Shown: positions 39,386 through 49,573, numbered from the stretch's first letter. The stretch: 64,000 nucleotides of DNA from an uncultured Lachnospiraceae bacterium (GCA_900317475.1 ONGY01000001.1:52759-116758), one strand, 5' to 3'. The notes: a model not told the origin generated them from the sequence alone. A program made the numbers and translations.

Positions 39386-40680
39386 GCAATTATAAACAGT
39401 TTATTCCCTGCATTTATCTGCATCACGGAAAGGCAGTGAAAAGCCTGCGGGATGATACAGTCATCTGTGAAGATCCCGTATCTCTGTCATCGCAGTACAG
39501 CGGAAGCGCCGCAGATGCCATCCTGGTCTTCGACCTGTCGGACGGCGATGCCGAGCATGACGAGGCAATCGAGAAGATCCGGGAAATCTGTGCATCGGTT
39601 CGGATTCCGGTCATCGGCTGCGGCAATATCCGCCGGATGGAGGATGTGAAGAAGCTGATCTATGCCGGATGTTCCATGGCCGCCCTCAATTATTCGAAGC
39701 AGAGCAATATCGACCTCACCAAAGAGGTCTCCGAGAAGTTCGGAAAAGAGCGCATTGCAGCCTGCTGCACGGCAGCGGACGCCATCGAGGAGAATAAGGA
39801 GCTGATCGAGGGCTATGTACAGGAGATGATCCTGCTCGAAGAGAGCGCCATCAGGAGTGTGCTTTCCTTCTCAGGTGTTTCGATCATCATCCATATACCG
39901 GACATTTCGCTCGACAAGATGATCGAACTTCTCGGGCAGAATGCGATCAGCGGCATCACAGGCAATGCCATCAATGAGAATATTAAGAACCTTACGGATA
40001 TGAAGAAATTCTGTGCGGAGAATAATATTCCGGTTGATCTGCGCGCAGCGGCCTATTCGTGGGGTGACCTCAAGAAGAACAGCGACGGAATGGTTCCGGT
40101 CGTCGTCCAGGAAGATGCGACGGGCGAGGTCCTCATGGTTGCCTATATGAATGAGGAGGCCTACAATACGACGGTCCGGACAGGACGCATGACCTATTGG
40201 TCACGAAGCCGGGGGGAGCTCTGGGTAAAGGGAGAGACGAGCGGCCATTTCCAGTATGTGCGCTCCATTACCGCGGACTGTGATCTGGACACGCTGCTTG
40301 CCAGAGTCGATCAGGTCGGAGCTGCCTGCCACACCGGGCATCATTCCTGCTTCTTCAATACGGACCTGGTCCTCGGCGAGAAACAGAATAACCCGGAGAC
40401 GGTGCTTGAGAACGTGCTGGCTGTTGTGAACGACCGCAAAGAGCATCCGAAGGAAGGCTCCTACACCAATTATCTGTTCGACAAGGGAATCGACAAAATT
40501 CTGAAGAAGGTCGGCGAGGAAGCCTCTGAAATCATCATCGCCTCGAAAAACCCGGAGAAGACCGAAGTGGTCTACGAGATGTCCGATTTTCTCTATCATA
40601 TGATGGTTCTGATGGCGGAGCGCGGGATCACCTGGCGGGATATTACCGATGAACTTGCAAGAAGAGAGCAGAAAAAGTGA
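39382..40680 (+). CDS. hisIE: HisF/HisA-like barrel (degenerate) fused to HisI-HisE
   Basis: C-terminal: [38 protein letters not shown] (HisI), [20 protein letters not shown] (HisE). N-terminal FIPCIYL..GKAVK...GCGNIR..EDVKKL resembles HisF/HisA. Confidence 0.9.
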   Translation: MSNYKQFIPCIYLHHGKAVKSLRDDTVICEDPVSLSSQYSGSAADAILVFDLSDGDAEHDEAIEKIREICASVRIPVIGCGNIRRMEDVKKLIYAGCSMAALNYSKQSNIDLTKEVSEKFGKERIAACCTAADAIEENKELIEGYVQEMILLEESAIRSVLSFSGVSIIIHIPDISLDKMIELLGQNAISGITGNAINENIKNLTDMKKFCAENNIPVDLRAAAYSWGDLKKNSDGMVPVVVQEDATGEVLMVAYMNEEAYNTTVRTGRMTYWSRSRGELWVKGETSGHFQYVRSITADCDLDTLLARVDQVGAACHTGHHSCFFNTDLVLGEKQNNPETVLENVLAVVNDRKEHPKEGSYTNYLFDKGIDKILKKVGEEASEIIIASKNPEKTEVVYEMSDFLYHMMVLMAERGITWRDITDELARREQKK

Positions 40681-42047
40681 GGATTGTCGTCTCCGAAATC
40701 AATAACAGAAGCGTCGGCTTCCTGGTGGAGGACGGACGGCTTATCGAAGTGTTCCGGGCAGGGAACGGCCAGACAGAAAATGGCCGGGAAGGAAAAAGCC
40801 CGGAACATTTCCGCGTAGGTGAAATTCTGGTCGGGCGGGTCCGGGACGTGCGGTCCGGGCTCTCCGCTGCATTTGTTAATCTATCAGAGAGCTCGAAGGA
40901 GATGGAAGCCCTCGGGGGCGCAGCCTACCTTCCTTTTTCGGAGCTTCCTGCCGGGATGAGCCTTAGGCCGGAGCAGCTCCTGCCGGTTCAGATTGTCGCT
41001 CTTCCTTCCGGAAGTAAGCCTTTCCGTGTGACGTCAAAACTCTCCCTGTCCGGACGCTACTGCGCAGTCGGGGAGAACATCCGCGGAATACAGGCATCAA
41101 AGAAGCTCCCCCGCCCGATGGCATCGAAGCTGAAAGAACAGGTCCGGGACTATTTCGGGTATCATGCAGTCCCGGGTTCTGCGGGCACTCCCGCCGGAGA
41201 AAAAGAAGACGGCGAAAGAAACGGGACCGGGACGTCCCCCGTTTCTGCGGTTCCGGAAAGCCCGGAGAAAATTCCTTTTTCCGGAGATGTCGGCATCATG
41301 ATCCGCACGAACGCGCGGATACCTGCAGAAGAGGGAAATCCGGAAGCTGTCACAGAGGAAGCGGAAAGCCTCATGCGGAAGCTGCGGCAGATTCGCGCCG
41401 CAGCAGCGGCGAGGACGGGCGGAAGCGTTCTGTATCCGGGCGATGATGAGCTGTACGGGAAGATCCGGGACTGTATTCCGGAGAAAATCATCATTGACAC
41501 AGGGGTTCCGGAAGAGATCCGGAAAAAGGCAGAGGATGCGGCGGCACAGTACCGGGTTCCGGCGGAGGCTCTGCCGGGAGAAAACACAGTATCCGACACG
41601 GCTTCCTATCTTGTCGTTTCCGGTATACGGCGGCAGATCGATGAGCTGAAAAACCGGCGGATCTGGCTCAAATCCGGCGCCTATCTTGTCATCGACCGAA
41701 CGGAGGCACTCACCGCCATTGATGTGAATACGGGGAAAAGTGAGGCCGCTGTGCGGGCAAACGGATCGGGCTTTCATGAGGAGGCGGCGGAAAAGCACCG
41801 CTTTGAAGTCAACATGGAAGCAGCCGATGAAATCTTCCGGCAGATACGGCTGCGGAATCTTGCCGGAATGATCCTCATCGATTTCATCAATGTCAGTGCG
41901 GAGCACCGGAAGATGCTCGGTGAAAAGCTCGAAAGACTCTGCAGGAAAGATCCGCTCCCGACCAGTTTTGTCGATTTCACGGGACTGGGACTGGCCGAGA
42001 TCACGCGCCGGAAAAACGGCGAATCGCCGGAGCAAATATGCTTCTGA
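40677..42047 (+). CDS. Ribonuclease E/G family protein
   Basis: S1-like GEILVGRV...[60 protein letters not shown]. Confidence 0.9.
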   Translation: MRIVVSEINNRSVGFLVEDGRLIEVFRAGNGQTENGREGKSPEHFRVGEILVGRVRDVRSGLSAAFVNLSESSKEMEALGGAAYLPFSELPAGMSLRPEQLLPVQIVALPSGSKPFRVTSKLSLSGRYCAVGENIRGIQASKKLPRPMASKLKEQVRDYFGYHAVPGSAGTPAGEKEDGERNGTGTSPVSAVPESPEKIPFSGDVGIMIRTNARIPAEEGNPEAVTEEAESLMRKLRQIRAAAAARTGGSVLYPGDDELYGKIRDCIPEKIIIDTGVPEEIRKKAEDAAAQYRVPAEALPGENTVSDTASYLVVSGIRRQIDELKNRRIWLKSGAYLVIDRTEALTAIDVNTGKSEAAVRANGSGFHEEAAEKHRFEVNMEAADEIFRQIRLRNLAGMILIDFINVSAEHRKMLGEKLERLCRKDPLPTSFVDFTGLGLAEITRRKNGESPEQICF

Positions 42048-42055
42048 GAAAATAC

Positions 42056-42084
42056 TTGACGGCGAAAGGGACGGATGATAAATT
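42056..42084 (+). promoter_or_regulatory. Sigma-A promoter of the rplU operon
   Basis: TTGACG, 17 nt, TAAATT with extended TG. Confidence 0.7.
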
Positions 42085-42091
42085 ATCTTTT

Positions 42092-42199
42092 GTATGTGCC
42101 GCATGATAAGGCTAGGGACGTAAGTTCGCAGGAACTGCCTGGGTACTGCAGTTTCCCTGGAAGTTCGGGGAGAAATCTCCGACGCCGAAGTCAGCGAGT
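42092..42199 (+). ncRNA. L21 leader-like cis-regulatory RNA
   Basis: ~130-nt 5' UTR before rplU with GTGCCGCA...ACGCCGAAGTCAGCGAG, recalled as typical of Firmicutes rplU leaders; no covariance search run. Confidence 0.6.
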
Positions 42200-42223
42200 A
42201 TAATAAAGAAGGAGGTACCTGAA

Positions 42224-42529
42224 ATGTACGCGATTATTGCAACCGGAGGAAAGCAGTATAAGGTTTCCGAAGGAGATGTCGTAAGAGTCGAGAAGCTTGA
42301 TGCCGGAGAGGGCGACAAGGTCACTTTCGATCAGGTTCTTGCACTCGGCGGAGATTCTCTCAAGGTGGCAGGTGAAGCTGCAGGAGCTACTGTTACCGGA
42401 ACTGTCCTCAAGCAGGGCAAGGAGAAGAAAGTGATCGTCTACAGATATAAGCCGAAGACCGGTTATCACAAGAAGAACGGTCACAGACAGGCTTATACGG
42501 CTGTGAAGATCGATGCCATCAACGCCTGA
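42224..42529 (+). CDS. rplU: 50S ribosomal protein L21
   Basis: [21 protein letters not shown]. Confidence 0.99.
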   Translation: MYAIIATGGKQYKVSEGDVVRVEKLDAGEGDKVTFDQVLALGGDSLKVAGEAAGATVTGTVLKQGKEKKVIVYRYKPKTGYHKKNGHRQAYTAVKIDAINA

Positions 42530-42541
42530 GAGGCTACAGGG

Positions 42542-42883
42542 ATGATCCGGGTCAACATCACAAAGGACAAAGACGGAGATTACAAATCCTTTGTCTGCAA
42601 AGGACATGCGGATTACGCGGAAGCGGGTTCGGACATTGTCTGCGCAGGTGTTTCAGCGATTGTAATTAACACGATCAACTGTATCACTGATCTTGTCCGG
42701 GAGGATATAGACCTTACCATGAACGAAAAGGAAGGCGGTTATATCGCTGTATCGTTCCGGGAAAAACCGGACCGGCGTACAGACTTCCTTATCGACTGTA
42801 TGGTTCATGGTTTTGACTGGATTATCGCCCAGTATGGCACAAGCTACTTGAAATACGAAATCAGGGAGGCAGAGAAATGTTAA
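42542..42883 (+). CDS. Ribosomal-processing cysteine protease Prp
   Basis: [18 protein letters not shown] catalytic H/C; lies between rplU and rpmA. Confidence 0.95.
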   Translation: MIRVNITKDKDGDYKSFVCKGHADYAEAGSDIVCAGVSAIVINTINCITDLVREDIDLTMNEKEGGYIAVSFREKPDRRTDFLIDCMVHGFDWIIAQYGTSYLKYEIREAEKC

Positions 42884-43176
42884 ATTTAGACCTTCAGTTC
42901 TTTGCACATAAAAAGGGACTTGGTTCCACAAAGAACGGCCGTGATTCCAATTCGAAGAGACTCGGCGCAAAGAGAGCAGACGGACAGTTCGTCACTGCAG
43001 GAAACATCATCTACAGACAGCGCGGCACCAGGATTCATCCTGGTCTGAATGTCGGCATCGGCGGAGATGATACCCTGTATGCAAAGGCAGACGGCATTCT
43101 CCGGTACGAGCGTGTCGGCAAGGACAGAAAGAAAGCTTCCGTTTATCCGACGGAAACTGTGAAGGACGCAGAGTAA
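42877..43176 (+). CDS. rpmA: 50S ribosomal protein L27 with Prp-cleaved N-terminal extension
   Basis: [24 protein letters not shown]. Confidence 0.99.
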   Translation: MLNLDLQFFAHKKGLGSTKNGRDSNSKRLGAKRADGQFVTAGNIIYRQRGTRIHPGLNVGIGGDDTLYAKADGILRYERVGKDRKKASVYPTETVKDAE

Positions 43177-43192
43177 TTCAGATTGCTCCAGG

Positions 43193-43226
43193 GGCTCCGG
43201 GCGGATTTATGCCCGGAGCCTTTTTT
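43193..43226 (+). terminator. Terminator between rpmA and obgE
   Basis: GGCTCCGGGC - 8 nt - GCCCGGAGCC-TTTTTT. Confidence 0.85.
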
Positions 43227-43239
43227 ACGAGGATTTACT

Positions 43240-44547
43240 ATGGCATTTACGGATAAAGCTAGAATATATGTCGCAAGCGGCAAGGGCGGCGACGGCCATG
43301 TCTCCTTCCGGAGAGAGAAATTTGTTCCGGCGGGCGGCCCGGACGGCGGCGATGGAGGAAACGGCGGCAGCGTGATTTTTGTCGTCGATAAGGGACTCAA
43401 TACGCTGGAGGATTTTCGCCATGCCGGCAAATTCCATGCCGGAAACGGCGAGGAAGGCGGCGGACGGCGCAAGACCGGCAAGAGCGGTGAGGACCTTATC
43501 CTCAAGGTTCCGGAGGGAACGATCATACGCGATGCGGCGACAGGGAAGATCATCGTCGACATGTCCGGCGATACACTTTCCTATACTCTTCTGAAGGGCG
43601 GCCACGGCGGAAAGGGAAACCAGCACTATGCGACCAGCACGATGCAGGCGCCCAAGTATGCGCAGCCCGGTCAGCCCTCCCGGGAGATCGAGCTTCTTCT
43701 TGAGCTCAAATGCATCGCAGACGTCGGCCTTGTCGGATTCCCGAATGTCGGTAAGTCGACGCTTCTTTCCATGGTGAGTAATGCTGAACCGAAGATTGCC
43801 AATTACCATTTCACGACGCTGCAGCCGATCCTCGGCGTTGTTGATCTCCAGGATGCTCCGGGATTCGTGATGGCGGATATACCGGGTCTCATCGAAGGGG
43901 CTGCAGACGGCGTCGGCCTCGGGGACGAATTTCTTGCCCATATCGAACGGACAAGGCTCCTCGTTCATGTCGTGGATGCATCCGGCTCGGAGGGCAGAGA
44001 TCCCCTTGAGGATATTGAGATCATCAACCGGGAGCTTGCAAAATACAGTGCGGATCTGACGAAGAAGAAGCAGATCATCGCGGCAAACAAGTGCGATCTC
44101 ATCCAGATTCCGGAGGACGATCCGAAGAATCCGATCCGCCGTATCCGGGAGAAATATGAGCCGATGGGAATTCGGGTATTTCCGATCTCCGCGGCGACAA
44201 GGCAGGGCGTTCGTGAGCTCATGTATTTTATAAGCGGAGAACTCGCAAAACTTCCCCGTGACACCAACCAGTTTGCGGCCGAATATAATCCCGAAACAGA
44301 GCTTTCCGTTGAGAACGACGATTCCTTCACGGTCGGCTACGACGCGGATAATAAGGAATATTTCATCGAAGGTCCTGCGGTTGAGCGCATGCTGGGCTAT
44401 ACGAACCTTGGCTCTGAGAAGGGCTTTGTCTTTTTCCAGAAATTTATGGAGGAGAGAGGGATCATCCGCCAGCTGAAGGAAAAAGGACTCAAGGAAGGGG
44501 ATACCGTCCGCGTTTACGGACATGTTTTTGAGTATTATGAATCCTGA
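43240..44547 (+). CDS. obgE: GTPase ObgE
   Basis: FRREKFVPAGGPDGGDGG, VGFPNVGKSTL, HFTT, DIPGLIEGA, NKCD, C-terminal OCT-like domain; start ATG 43240. Confidence 0.98.
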   Translation: MAFTDKARIYVASGKGGDGHVSFRREKFVPAGGPDGGDGGNGGSVIFVVDKGLNTLEDFRHAGKFHAGNGEEGGGRRKTGKSGEDLILKVPEGTIIRDAATGKIIVDMSGDTLSYTLLKGGHGGKGNQHYATSTMQAPKYAQPGQPSREIELLLELKCIADVGLVGFPNVGKSTLLSMVSNAEPKIANYHFTTLQPILGVVDLQDAPGFVMADIPGLIEGAADGVGLGDEFLAHIERTRLLVHVVDASGSEGRDPLEDIEIINRELAKYSADLTKKKQIIAANKCDLIQIPEDDPKNPIRRIREKYEPMGIRVFPISAATRQGVRELMYFISGELAKLPRDTNQFAAEYNPETELSVENDDSFTVGYDADNKEYFIEGPAVERMLGYTNLGSEKGFVFFQKFMEERGIIRQLKEKGLKEGDTVRVYGHVFEYYES

Positions 44548-44580
44548 CACAAGTCGGGGTAAAACGGGTTAAAGACGAAA

Positions 44581-44877
44581 ATGACGATTACAAGCAAACA
44601 GAGAGCGTATCTTATCAGCCTTGCCGTGGATTCGGCCGTGACAGTTCAGATTGGAAAGGACGGAGTGACACCGAAGACCGTTGAATCCGTGAACGAGGTG
44701 TTCAACACACACGAGCTTGTCAAGGGCACTGTCCTCAAAACTTCCCCGGACGAGCCTTCAGAGGCTGCGGGAAAAATTGCGGAGCGCACACGCTCCACAC
44801 TTATTAAGGTGATCGGACGCAAGTTCATTTTATATAAACCGGACAAGGACAAGCCGAAGATTGAACTTCCACGTTAA
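44581..44877 (+). CDS. yhbY: CRM-domain RNA-binding protein YhbY
   Basis: ITSKQRAYL, QIGKDGV, HELVK, IGRKFILYK. Confidence 0.93.
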   Translation: MTITSKQRAYLISLAVDSAVTVQIGKDGVTPKTVESVNEVFNTHELVKGTVLKTSPDEPSEAAGKIAERTRSTLIKVIGRKFILYKPDKDKPKIELPR

Positions 44878-44923
44878 TCTGCATGGATCGGGACAGATGT
44901 GTTGTCCGGGAAAGTCAGTCAAG

Positions 44924-45679
44924 ATGGAAATGAGCATTGACGCACTTGGTCAAAACAAAATATGCGGTGCTGCGGAACAACGGATCTCATCGCATTCGTG
45001 CAGTCATATCAAAAAGGATGCGGATGCAGCCGGATCTTCCAATAATGCCGGTGAGCGCCCTTCCGTCGGAATCTGCGGAGGGACGTTTGATCCGATTCAT
45101 TACGGACATCTCATTCTGGCTGAGGATGCCCGGGATGCCTTCGGTCTTTCAAGGGTCATTTTCATGCCGAGCGGACATTCTTATTTCAAGGACAACCGGG
45201 AGGAAAAAGTTTCATCCCCGCAGGACCGTCTAATGATGACGAGGCTTGCGGTTGGGAATAATCCGGGTTTTGACGTTTCGGATATGGAAATCAGGCGGGA
45301 AGGATATACGTATACCTGCGAAACAATGGAACAGCTTTCAGCTGAAAATCCTGGAACCGATTTCTGGTTCATCTGCGGAGCGGACAGCATTTCCATGATG
45401 AAAACCTGGTATTGCCCCGAAAGACTTTTTGCAGCGTGCGGGGTTATCGCCGCGTTTCGAAGTGACGAAACGGATGATCATGCATTCCGCAGCGCGGCGG
45501 ACGAGCTGAGAAAACTTTACGGGGCCAGAATCCGAATTCTTCCGGCCCGCCGGATTGAGATTTCTTCAACGGAGATCCGGACCAAAATACGGGAGGGAAA
45601 ATCGATCCGATACCTTGTCCCGGATGCTGTCGCGGACTATATTGAGAAAAACGGGCTCTACAGGGAGAAAAATGGATAG
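44924..45679 (+). CDS. nadD: Nicotinate-nucleotide adenylyltransferase (start uncertain; apparent N-terminal extension)
   Basis: GICGGTFDPIHYGH, YTYT, FICGADS, W, ISSTEIR, YI...GLY. Confidence 0.92.
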   Translation: MEMSIDALGQNKICGAAEQRISSHSCSHIKKDADAAGSSNNAGERPSVGICGGTFDPIHYGHLILAEDARDAFGLSRVIFMPSGHSYFKDNREEKVSSPQDRLMMTRLAVGNNPGFDVSDMEIRREGYTYTCETMEQLSAENPGTDFWFICGADSISMMKTWYCPERLFAACGVIAAFRSDETDDHAFRSAADELRKLYGARIRILPARRIEISSTEIRTKIREGKSIRYLVPDAVADYIEKNGLYREKNG

Positions 45680-46262
45680 CAGACAAAGACTCCGGATTGC
45701 AAAACAACTGGAAAAGGAACTGAATTATAAACGCTTCATCCATACGATGGGAGTCGCGTATACAGCGTCTTCCCTTGCCATGCGGTACGGGACCGATGTC
45801 GAAAAAGCGGAAATTGCCGGGCTTCTTCATGACTGTGCCAAGTGCATGGACACGGAGGAAATGATGAGCCTGTGCAGAGAAGGCGGCATACAGCTCACGA
45901 AAATAGAAAGCGGAAATCCTGCACTCCTTCACAGCAAGGCAGGCAGCGTTCTTGCGAGAAAGGAATATGGGATCACGGATCCGGAAATTCTTTCGGCTAT
46001 TGCCTGCCATACAACCGGAAAGCCGGGGATGACACGTCTGGAGGAGATTGTTTTTACGGCGGATTATATTGAACCGGGGAGAACTTCTGCCAGAAGACTT
46101 CCGGAAATCCGCCAGGAGGCTTTTCTTGATCTCGACGAGGCAGTCCGTATGATTCTGTCGGACACTCTTGCGTATCTTTCCACGACCGGGGAACCGGTGG
46201 ACGGCATGACAAAAGAGACGTACGAATATTACGAAAAGTATAAAAACGGCGGAAAAGCTTAG
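45672..46262 (+). CDS. yqeK: HD-domain Ap4A hydrolase YqeK
   Basis: RFIHTMGV, GLLHDCAK, LLHSKAG, HTTG, ADYIEPGR. Confidence 0.93.
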   Translation: MDSRQRLRIAKQLEKELNYKRFIHTMGVAYTASSLAMRYGTDVEKAEIAGLLHDCAKCMDTEEMMSLCREGGIQLTKIESGNPALLHSKAGSVLARKEYGITDPEILSAIACHTTGKPGMTRLEEIVFTADYIEPGRTSARRLPEIRQEAFLDLDEAVRMILSDTLAYLSTTGEPVDGMTKETYEYYEKYKNGGKA

Positions 46263-46338
46263 AAACGGCGTTGAACCGCAGGAACGGCGGAAAATTCTTG
46301 AACGGGGCAGAGAACGGAAAGAAGAGAGGTTATTGCAT

Positions 46339-46734
46339 ATGGAGAAAATGACCAGAGAGAAGGCGGCACATTTTGCCGGTCTTGCCATTGAGGCGCTGGA
46401 GGATCACAAAGCGGAAGATATCCGCGTCATCGACATCAGCGGCGTGAGTGTGCTGGCGGATTATTTTGTCATCGCAAACGGGACAAACCCGAGCCAGATT
46501 CAGGCGCTGGCGGATGCAGTTGACGAAAAGCTCGGGAGAGCGGGCCTTCCTTTGAAGCAGATGGAAGGATACGATACAGCAAACTGGATCCTGCTTGATT
46601 TCGGGGATGTGATAGTCCACATTTTCGACTCCAAGAACAGGCTGCTGTATGATCTTGAGAGAATCTGGAGAGACGGAAAGCAGATCAATCCGGAGGAGCT
46701 TAAGGAAGAAGCGGAGAAAACAGACGGGAAATAA
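46339..46734 (+). CDS. rsfS: Ribosome silencing factor
   Basis: DHKAEDI.VIDI, ADYFVIANG, WILLDFGDVIVHIF, YDLERIW. Confidence 0.96.
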   Translation: MEKMTREKAAHFAGLAIEALEDHKAEDIRVIDISGVSVLADYFVIANGTNPSQIQALADAVDEKLGRAGLPLKQMEGYDTANWILLDFGDVIVHIFDSKNRLLYDLERIWRDGKQINPEELKEEAEKTDGK

Positions 46735-46768
46735 CAAAAAGGCCGGGCGGAAACGCCCGGTCTTTGTT
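46733..46768. terminator. Bidirectional terminator between rsfS and lexA
   Basis: AACAAAAAGGCCGGGCG-GAAA-CGCCCGGTCTTTGTT. Confidence 0.85.
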
Positions 46769-46779
46769 ATCTTTCAGAA

Positions 46780-47403
46780 TCACTGCTGACGCAGATAACG
46801 GAAGACGCCGAAGACTTTGCCGAGAATGACGCAGCTGTCGACGATAATCGGTTCCATCTCGTCATTTTCCGGCTGCAGACGGATATGCCCCTTCTCTTTG
46901 TAAAAACGCTTTACGGTTGCCGAGTCGTCAATCAGAGCCACCACTATATCTCCGTTCTCGGCGGTATTGCAGGAACGGACGAAAATGAGATCACCGTCAA
47001 GAATCCCGGCATTGATCATAGAAGAACCGTGCACGTGCAGTGCAAAGGATTCTCCGGATGGAATGAACTCCGACGGGACCGGATAGTAGCTTTCGATGTT
47101 CTGCTCAGCAAGGATCGGAAGACCGGCAGCAACCTGACCGACAATCGGGATGGAAGTTGTTTCGGTGCGCACCATCTGGAAACTGTCATCACAGATTTCA
47201 ATCGCACGGGGTTTTGTCGGATCCCTGCGTATATATCCGTTCTTTTCCAGCGTCTCCAGGTGAGAATGCACGGAGGATGTCGAACGAAGACCGACAGCAT
47301 CGCAGATCTCACGGACCGTCGGCGGATAGCCTGTCTTCAGAATCTGTTCCTTCATATAATCAAGAATCTGCTGCTGCTTTGCCGTGATTCGTCCGTTTGC
47401 CAT
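46780..47403 (-). CDS. lexA: SOS repressor LexA
   Basis: [23 protein letters not shown] (Ala-Gly cleavage site), GSSM (S), ATVKR (K). Confidence 0.98.
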   Translation of the reverse strand: MANGRITAKQQQILDYMKEQILKTGYPPTVREICDAVGLRSTSSVHSHLETLEKNGYIRRDPTKPRAIEICDDSFQMVRTETTSIPIVGQVAAGLPILAEQNIESYYPVPSEFIPSGESFALHVHGSSMINAGILDGDLIFVRSCNTAENGDIVVALIDDSATVKRFYKEKGHIRLQPENDEMEPIIVDSCVILGKVFGVFRYLRQQ

Positions 47404-47503
47404 AAAAATACCTCTGTATCGCCCGCAGTCCAGGGAACTGTCCGGCAGGTCCGGAACTGCTTTTCAACCCATGCTCTGCACTGCATACCCACATGATATT
47501 CTC

Positions 47504-47532
47504 AGTATACGTGCTTGACGGCGAAAAAGCAA
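47504..47532 (-). promoter_or_regulatory. lexA promoter
   Basis: Minus strand TTGCTT, 17 nt, TATACT; -35 overlaps a degenerate SOS box. Confidence 0.7.
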
Positions 47533-47688
47533 ACGTATATTCGGAACGTGTGTTCCCGCCTGCACAGCACGTATGACACAGAATACCGAAAATATGTTCG
47601 AAAAAGTCTGCCGCTTTCGTTGACATTCGAATATATGTTCGATATAATGCGGAATGTAAGCAGAACAAATGTTCGAAACAAATGTTCG
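47531..47688. promoter_or_regulatory. Array of LexA (SOS) boxes in the lexA-yneA divergon
   Basis: GAAC-N4-GTTC exact at 47544-47555 and 47663-47674; one mismatch at 47588-47599, 47629-47640, 47676-47687; two mismatches at 47531-47542. Confidence 0.92.
47620..47648 (+). promoter_or_regulatory. Consensus promoter of yneA-like gene with an SOS box in the spacer
   Basis: TTGACA-ttCGAATATATGTTCGa-TATAAT. Confidence 0.92.
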
Positions 47689-47709
47689 GGTGGAAGGACG
47701 GAGCAGGCG

Positions 47710-48177
47710 ATGAGAGGGCAGGGCAGCAGAGTTTCCTTTGCAGTTGCAGACGGCATCAGCAGAAATGAGTATTATAAAATCCGCGGCTGCGGTTCGGCAA
47801 GCGAGTTCCGAAGATATTTATCGGCTTCCAGAGCAAAGAGGCAGAGGCAGCTCAGAAGGCACTGCATACTGCTCGCTGCAGCAGCTGCCTGCATTGTGCT
47901 TTTTATATGTTTCCTTGTTTTCGGCATTCATTCTGATGCGTCCTCTTCAGACAGCGACAGAGAATTTAAATACTATACATCGGTAACAGTCGGGTCCGAA
48001 CAGTCGTTCGATGATGTGATCGATCAGTATTATGACGCGGATCATTATAAAAGCCGTAATGCATATGCAGAGGAAGTCTGTGATATAAACGGACTGTATT
48101 CGTATCCGGCCTCTGCCGAGCAGATCCGCCCGGGTGATCATCTGATCGTCGCATATTATTCACCGGAGTTTCATTGA
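47710..48177 (+). CDS. YneA-like SOS cell-division inhibitor (TM plus LysM-like domain)
   Basis: Divergent from lexA under SOS boxes; single TM then YYTSVTV....F..VI..YY...EVCDINGL...IRPGDHLIVAYY. Confidence 0.8.
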   Translation: MRGQGSRVSFAVADGISRNEYYKIRGCGSASEFRRYLSASRAKRQRQLRRHCILLAAAAACIVLFICFLVFGIHSDASSSDSDREFKYYTSVTVGSEQSFDDVIDQYYDADHYKSRNAYAEEVCDINGLYSYPASAEQIRPGDHLIVAYYSPEFH

Positions 48178-48263
48178 TCTCATAACCTTGTACTTGCAGG
48201 CGGAAGCGGAAAGTGTCCCAAGGACAGCCGCCAGGCCAGAGTAAATAGAGAGACACAAAAGCA

Positions 48264-48346
48264 AATAACAGCCTGTTGCTGACGGCTCCATGAATTCAGA
48301 TTGATCTCTTCCATGGAATTGTCAGTAACAGGCTGTTATTCTTTTT
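48264..48346. terminator. Long hairpin (20-bp outer stem) between convergent yneA-like and xer genes
   Basis: AATAACAGCCTGTTGCTGAC / GTCAGTAACAGGCTGTTATT followed by CTTTTT; further inner pairing. Confidence 0.75.
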
Positions 48347-48439
48347 AAGAAAAGAACCGCGGCAGGATCGGTATGATCTCTGAAACCCTTCCGGGCAGAC
48401 TTATCCCGCACATATTTGACTTAGTGTGTCCTTACAAGG

Positions 48440-49573
48440 TCACTTCCGGGATGAAGAAGCACTGCCGGAAGAAGTCCCCGCCTCTGCCCGGTGTGCCTCT
48501 TCCTTTACACTGTCTGGAACTTCCTCGCGCAGCTTTACGATGTTTGCCGCGCTCCGCCTGCGGTCTTCCTCGATCGCCGCATAATGCTTGCGGGTGGTGT
48601 TGACATCCTTATGTCCCAGTACATCTGCAACGAGATAGATATCGCCGGTTTCCCGATAGAGGCTCGTGCCGTAAGTGCTGCGCAGTTTGTGCGGAGTGAT
48701 CTTTTTTAGCGAAGTCACACGTGACGCGTATTTTTTCACCAGATTTTCAACTGCGCGGACAGTGATTCTCCGATTCTGGAGGGAGAGAAAGAGGGCATTT
48801 TCATGGCCCTCCTGGGGGATGATTTCCCTGCGCTCCTCCAGATAATCTTTAAGAGCCTGTTCAACCTCCTCACCAAAGTAAACAACTGCCTCATATCCGC
48901 CTTTGCGGTGAATCCGGATGCCGTCCTCTTTGAAATCCACATCGGACAGGTCGAGACCGACACATTCAGAGACACGGATACCGGTACCCAGCATCAGCGT
49001 CAGGATCGCAACATCTCTTTTCACAGTCCGATTATGAAAGCGCATCTCGTTCCTGGACAGAGCAGTTCCCTTTTCCACCTGGTCAAGCAGAGTGGCCACT
49101 TCATCCGGTTCAAGACGGATAATCGGCTTTTCGTGCTGTTTTGGCAGAGGCACCTTTTCTGCGACATCGCGGCTGATCAGACCGGAACAATAGAAATAAT
49201 GGAACATTTTGCGGACGGACGAGAGCTTTCTTGCCTTGCCTTTTTCGTCGTTGGTGAAAACCTTGCCGTCCTTCTCGTAGTACGTGCAATATTCGAGAAA
49301 CTCCTCGATATCTTCCTTTTCAATCTGTTCCAGGACGGAAATCGGGAAATCATGGATCTCCATGTTTTTCAGAGAAGGATTTTCCTCTTTCATAAACTCG
49401 AAGAAGACCCGCAGATCGTAGGCGTAGGCAAGTCTCGTTCGGGGAAGCGTTGTCTGCTCAATACCGCGGAAAAACTGCCGGCAGAATTTCGGAAGATCCT
49501 CTAATACCTCCCGCATTTTCAGCGTGTTTTCACGGTCCTGTTCTTCATTGTATTTTTCCGTCTGACCCTGCAT
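48440..49573 (-). CDS. Chromosomal XerC/D-type tyrosine recombinase
   Basis: GIRVSE (R), HKLRST (HxxR), LGHKDVNTTRKHY (H, Y); core-binding N-domain; housekeeping context beside lexA. Confidence 0.92.
   Translation of the reverse strand: MQGQTEKYNEEQDRENTLKMREVLEDLPKFCRQFFRGIEQTTLPRTRLAYAYDLRVFFEFMKEENPSLKNMEIHDFPISVLEQIEKEDIEEFLEYCTYYEKDGKVFTNDEKGKARKLSSVRKMFHYFYCSGLISRDVAEKVPLPKQHEKPIIRLEPDEVATLLDQVEKGTALSRNEMRFHNRTVKRDVAILTLMLGTGIRVSECVGLDLSDVDFKEDGIRIHRKGGYEAVVYFGEEVEQALKDYLEERREIIPQEGHENALFLSLQNRRITVRAVENLVKKYASRVTSLKKITPHKLRSTYGTSLYRETGDIYLVADVLGHKDVNTTRKHYAAIEEDRRRSAANIVKLREEVPDSVKEEAHRAEAGTSSGSASSSRK

Noticed and set aside
46245-46320. Short AACGGCGGAAAA-type repeats between yqeK and rsfS
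   Set aside because: Short and degenerate; consistent with local slippage, no functional signature.
48440-49573. Second tyrosine recombinase as a mobile element integrase
   Set aside because: Housekeeping context, host-like composition and no cargo or att repeats; fits a chromosomal Xer recombinase.
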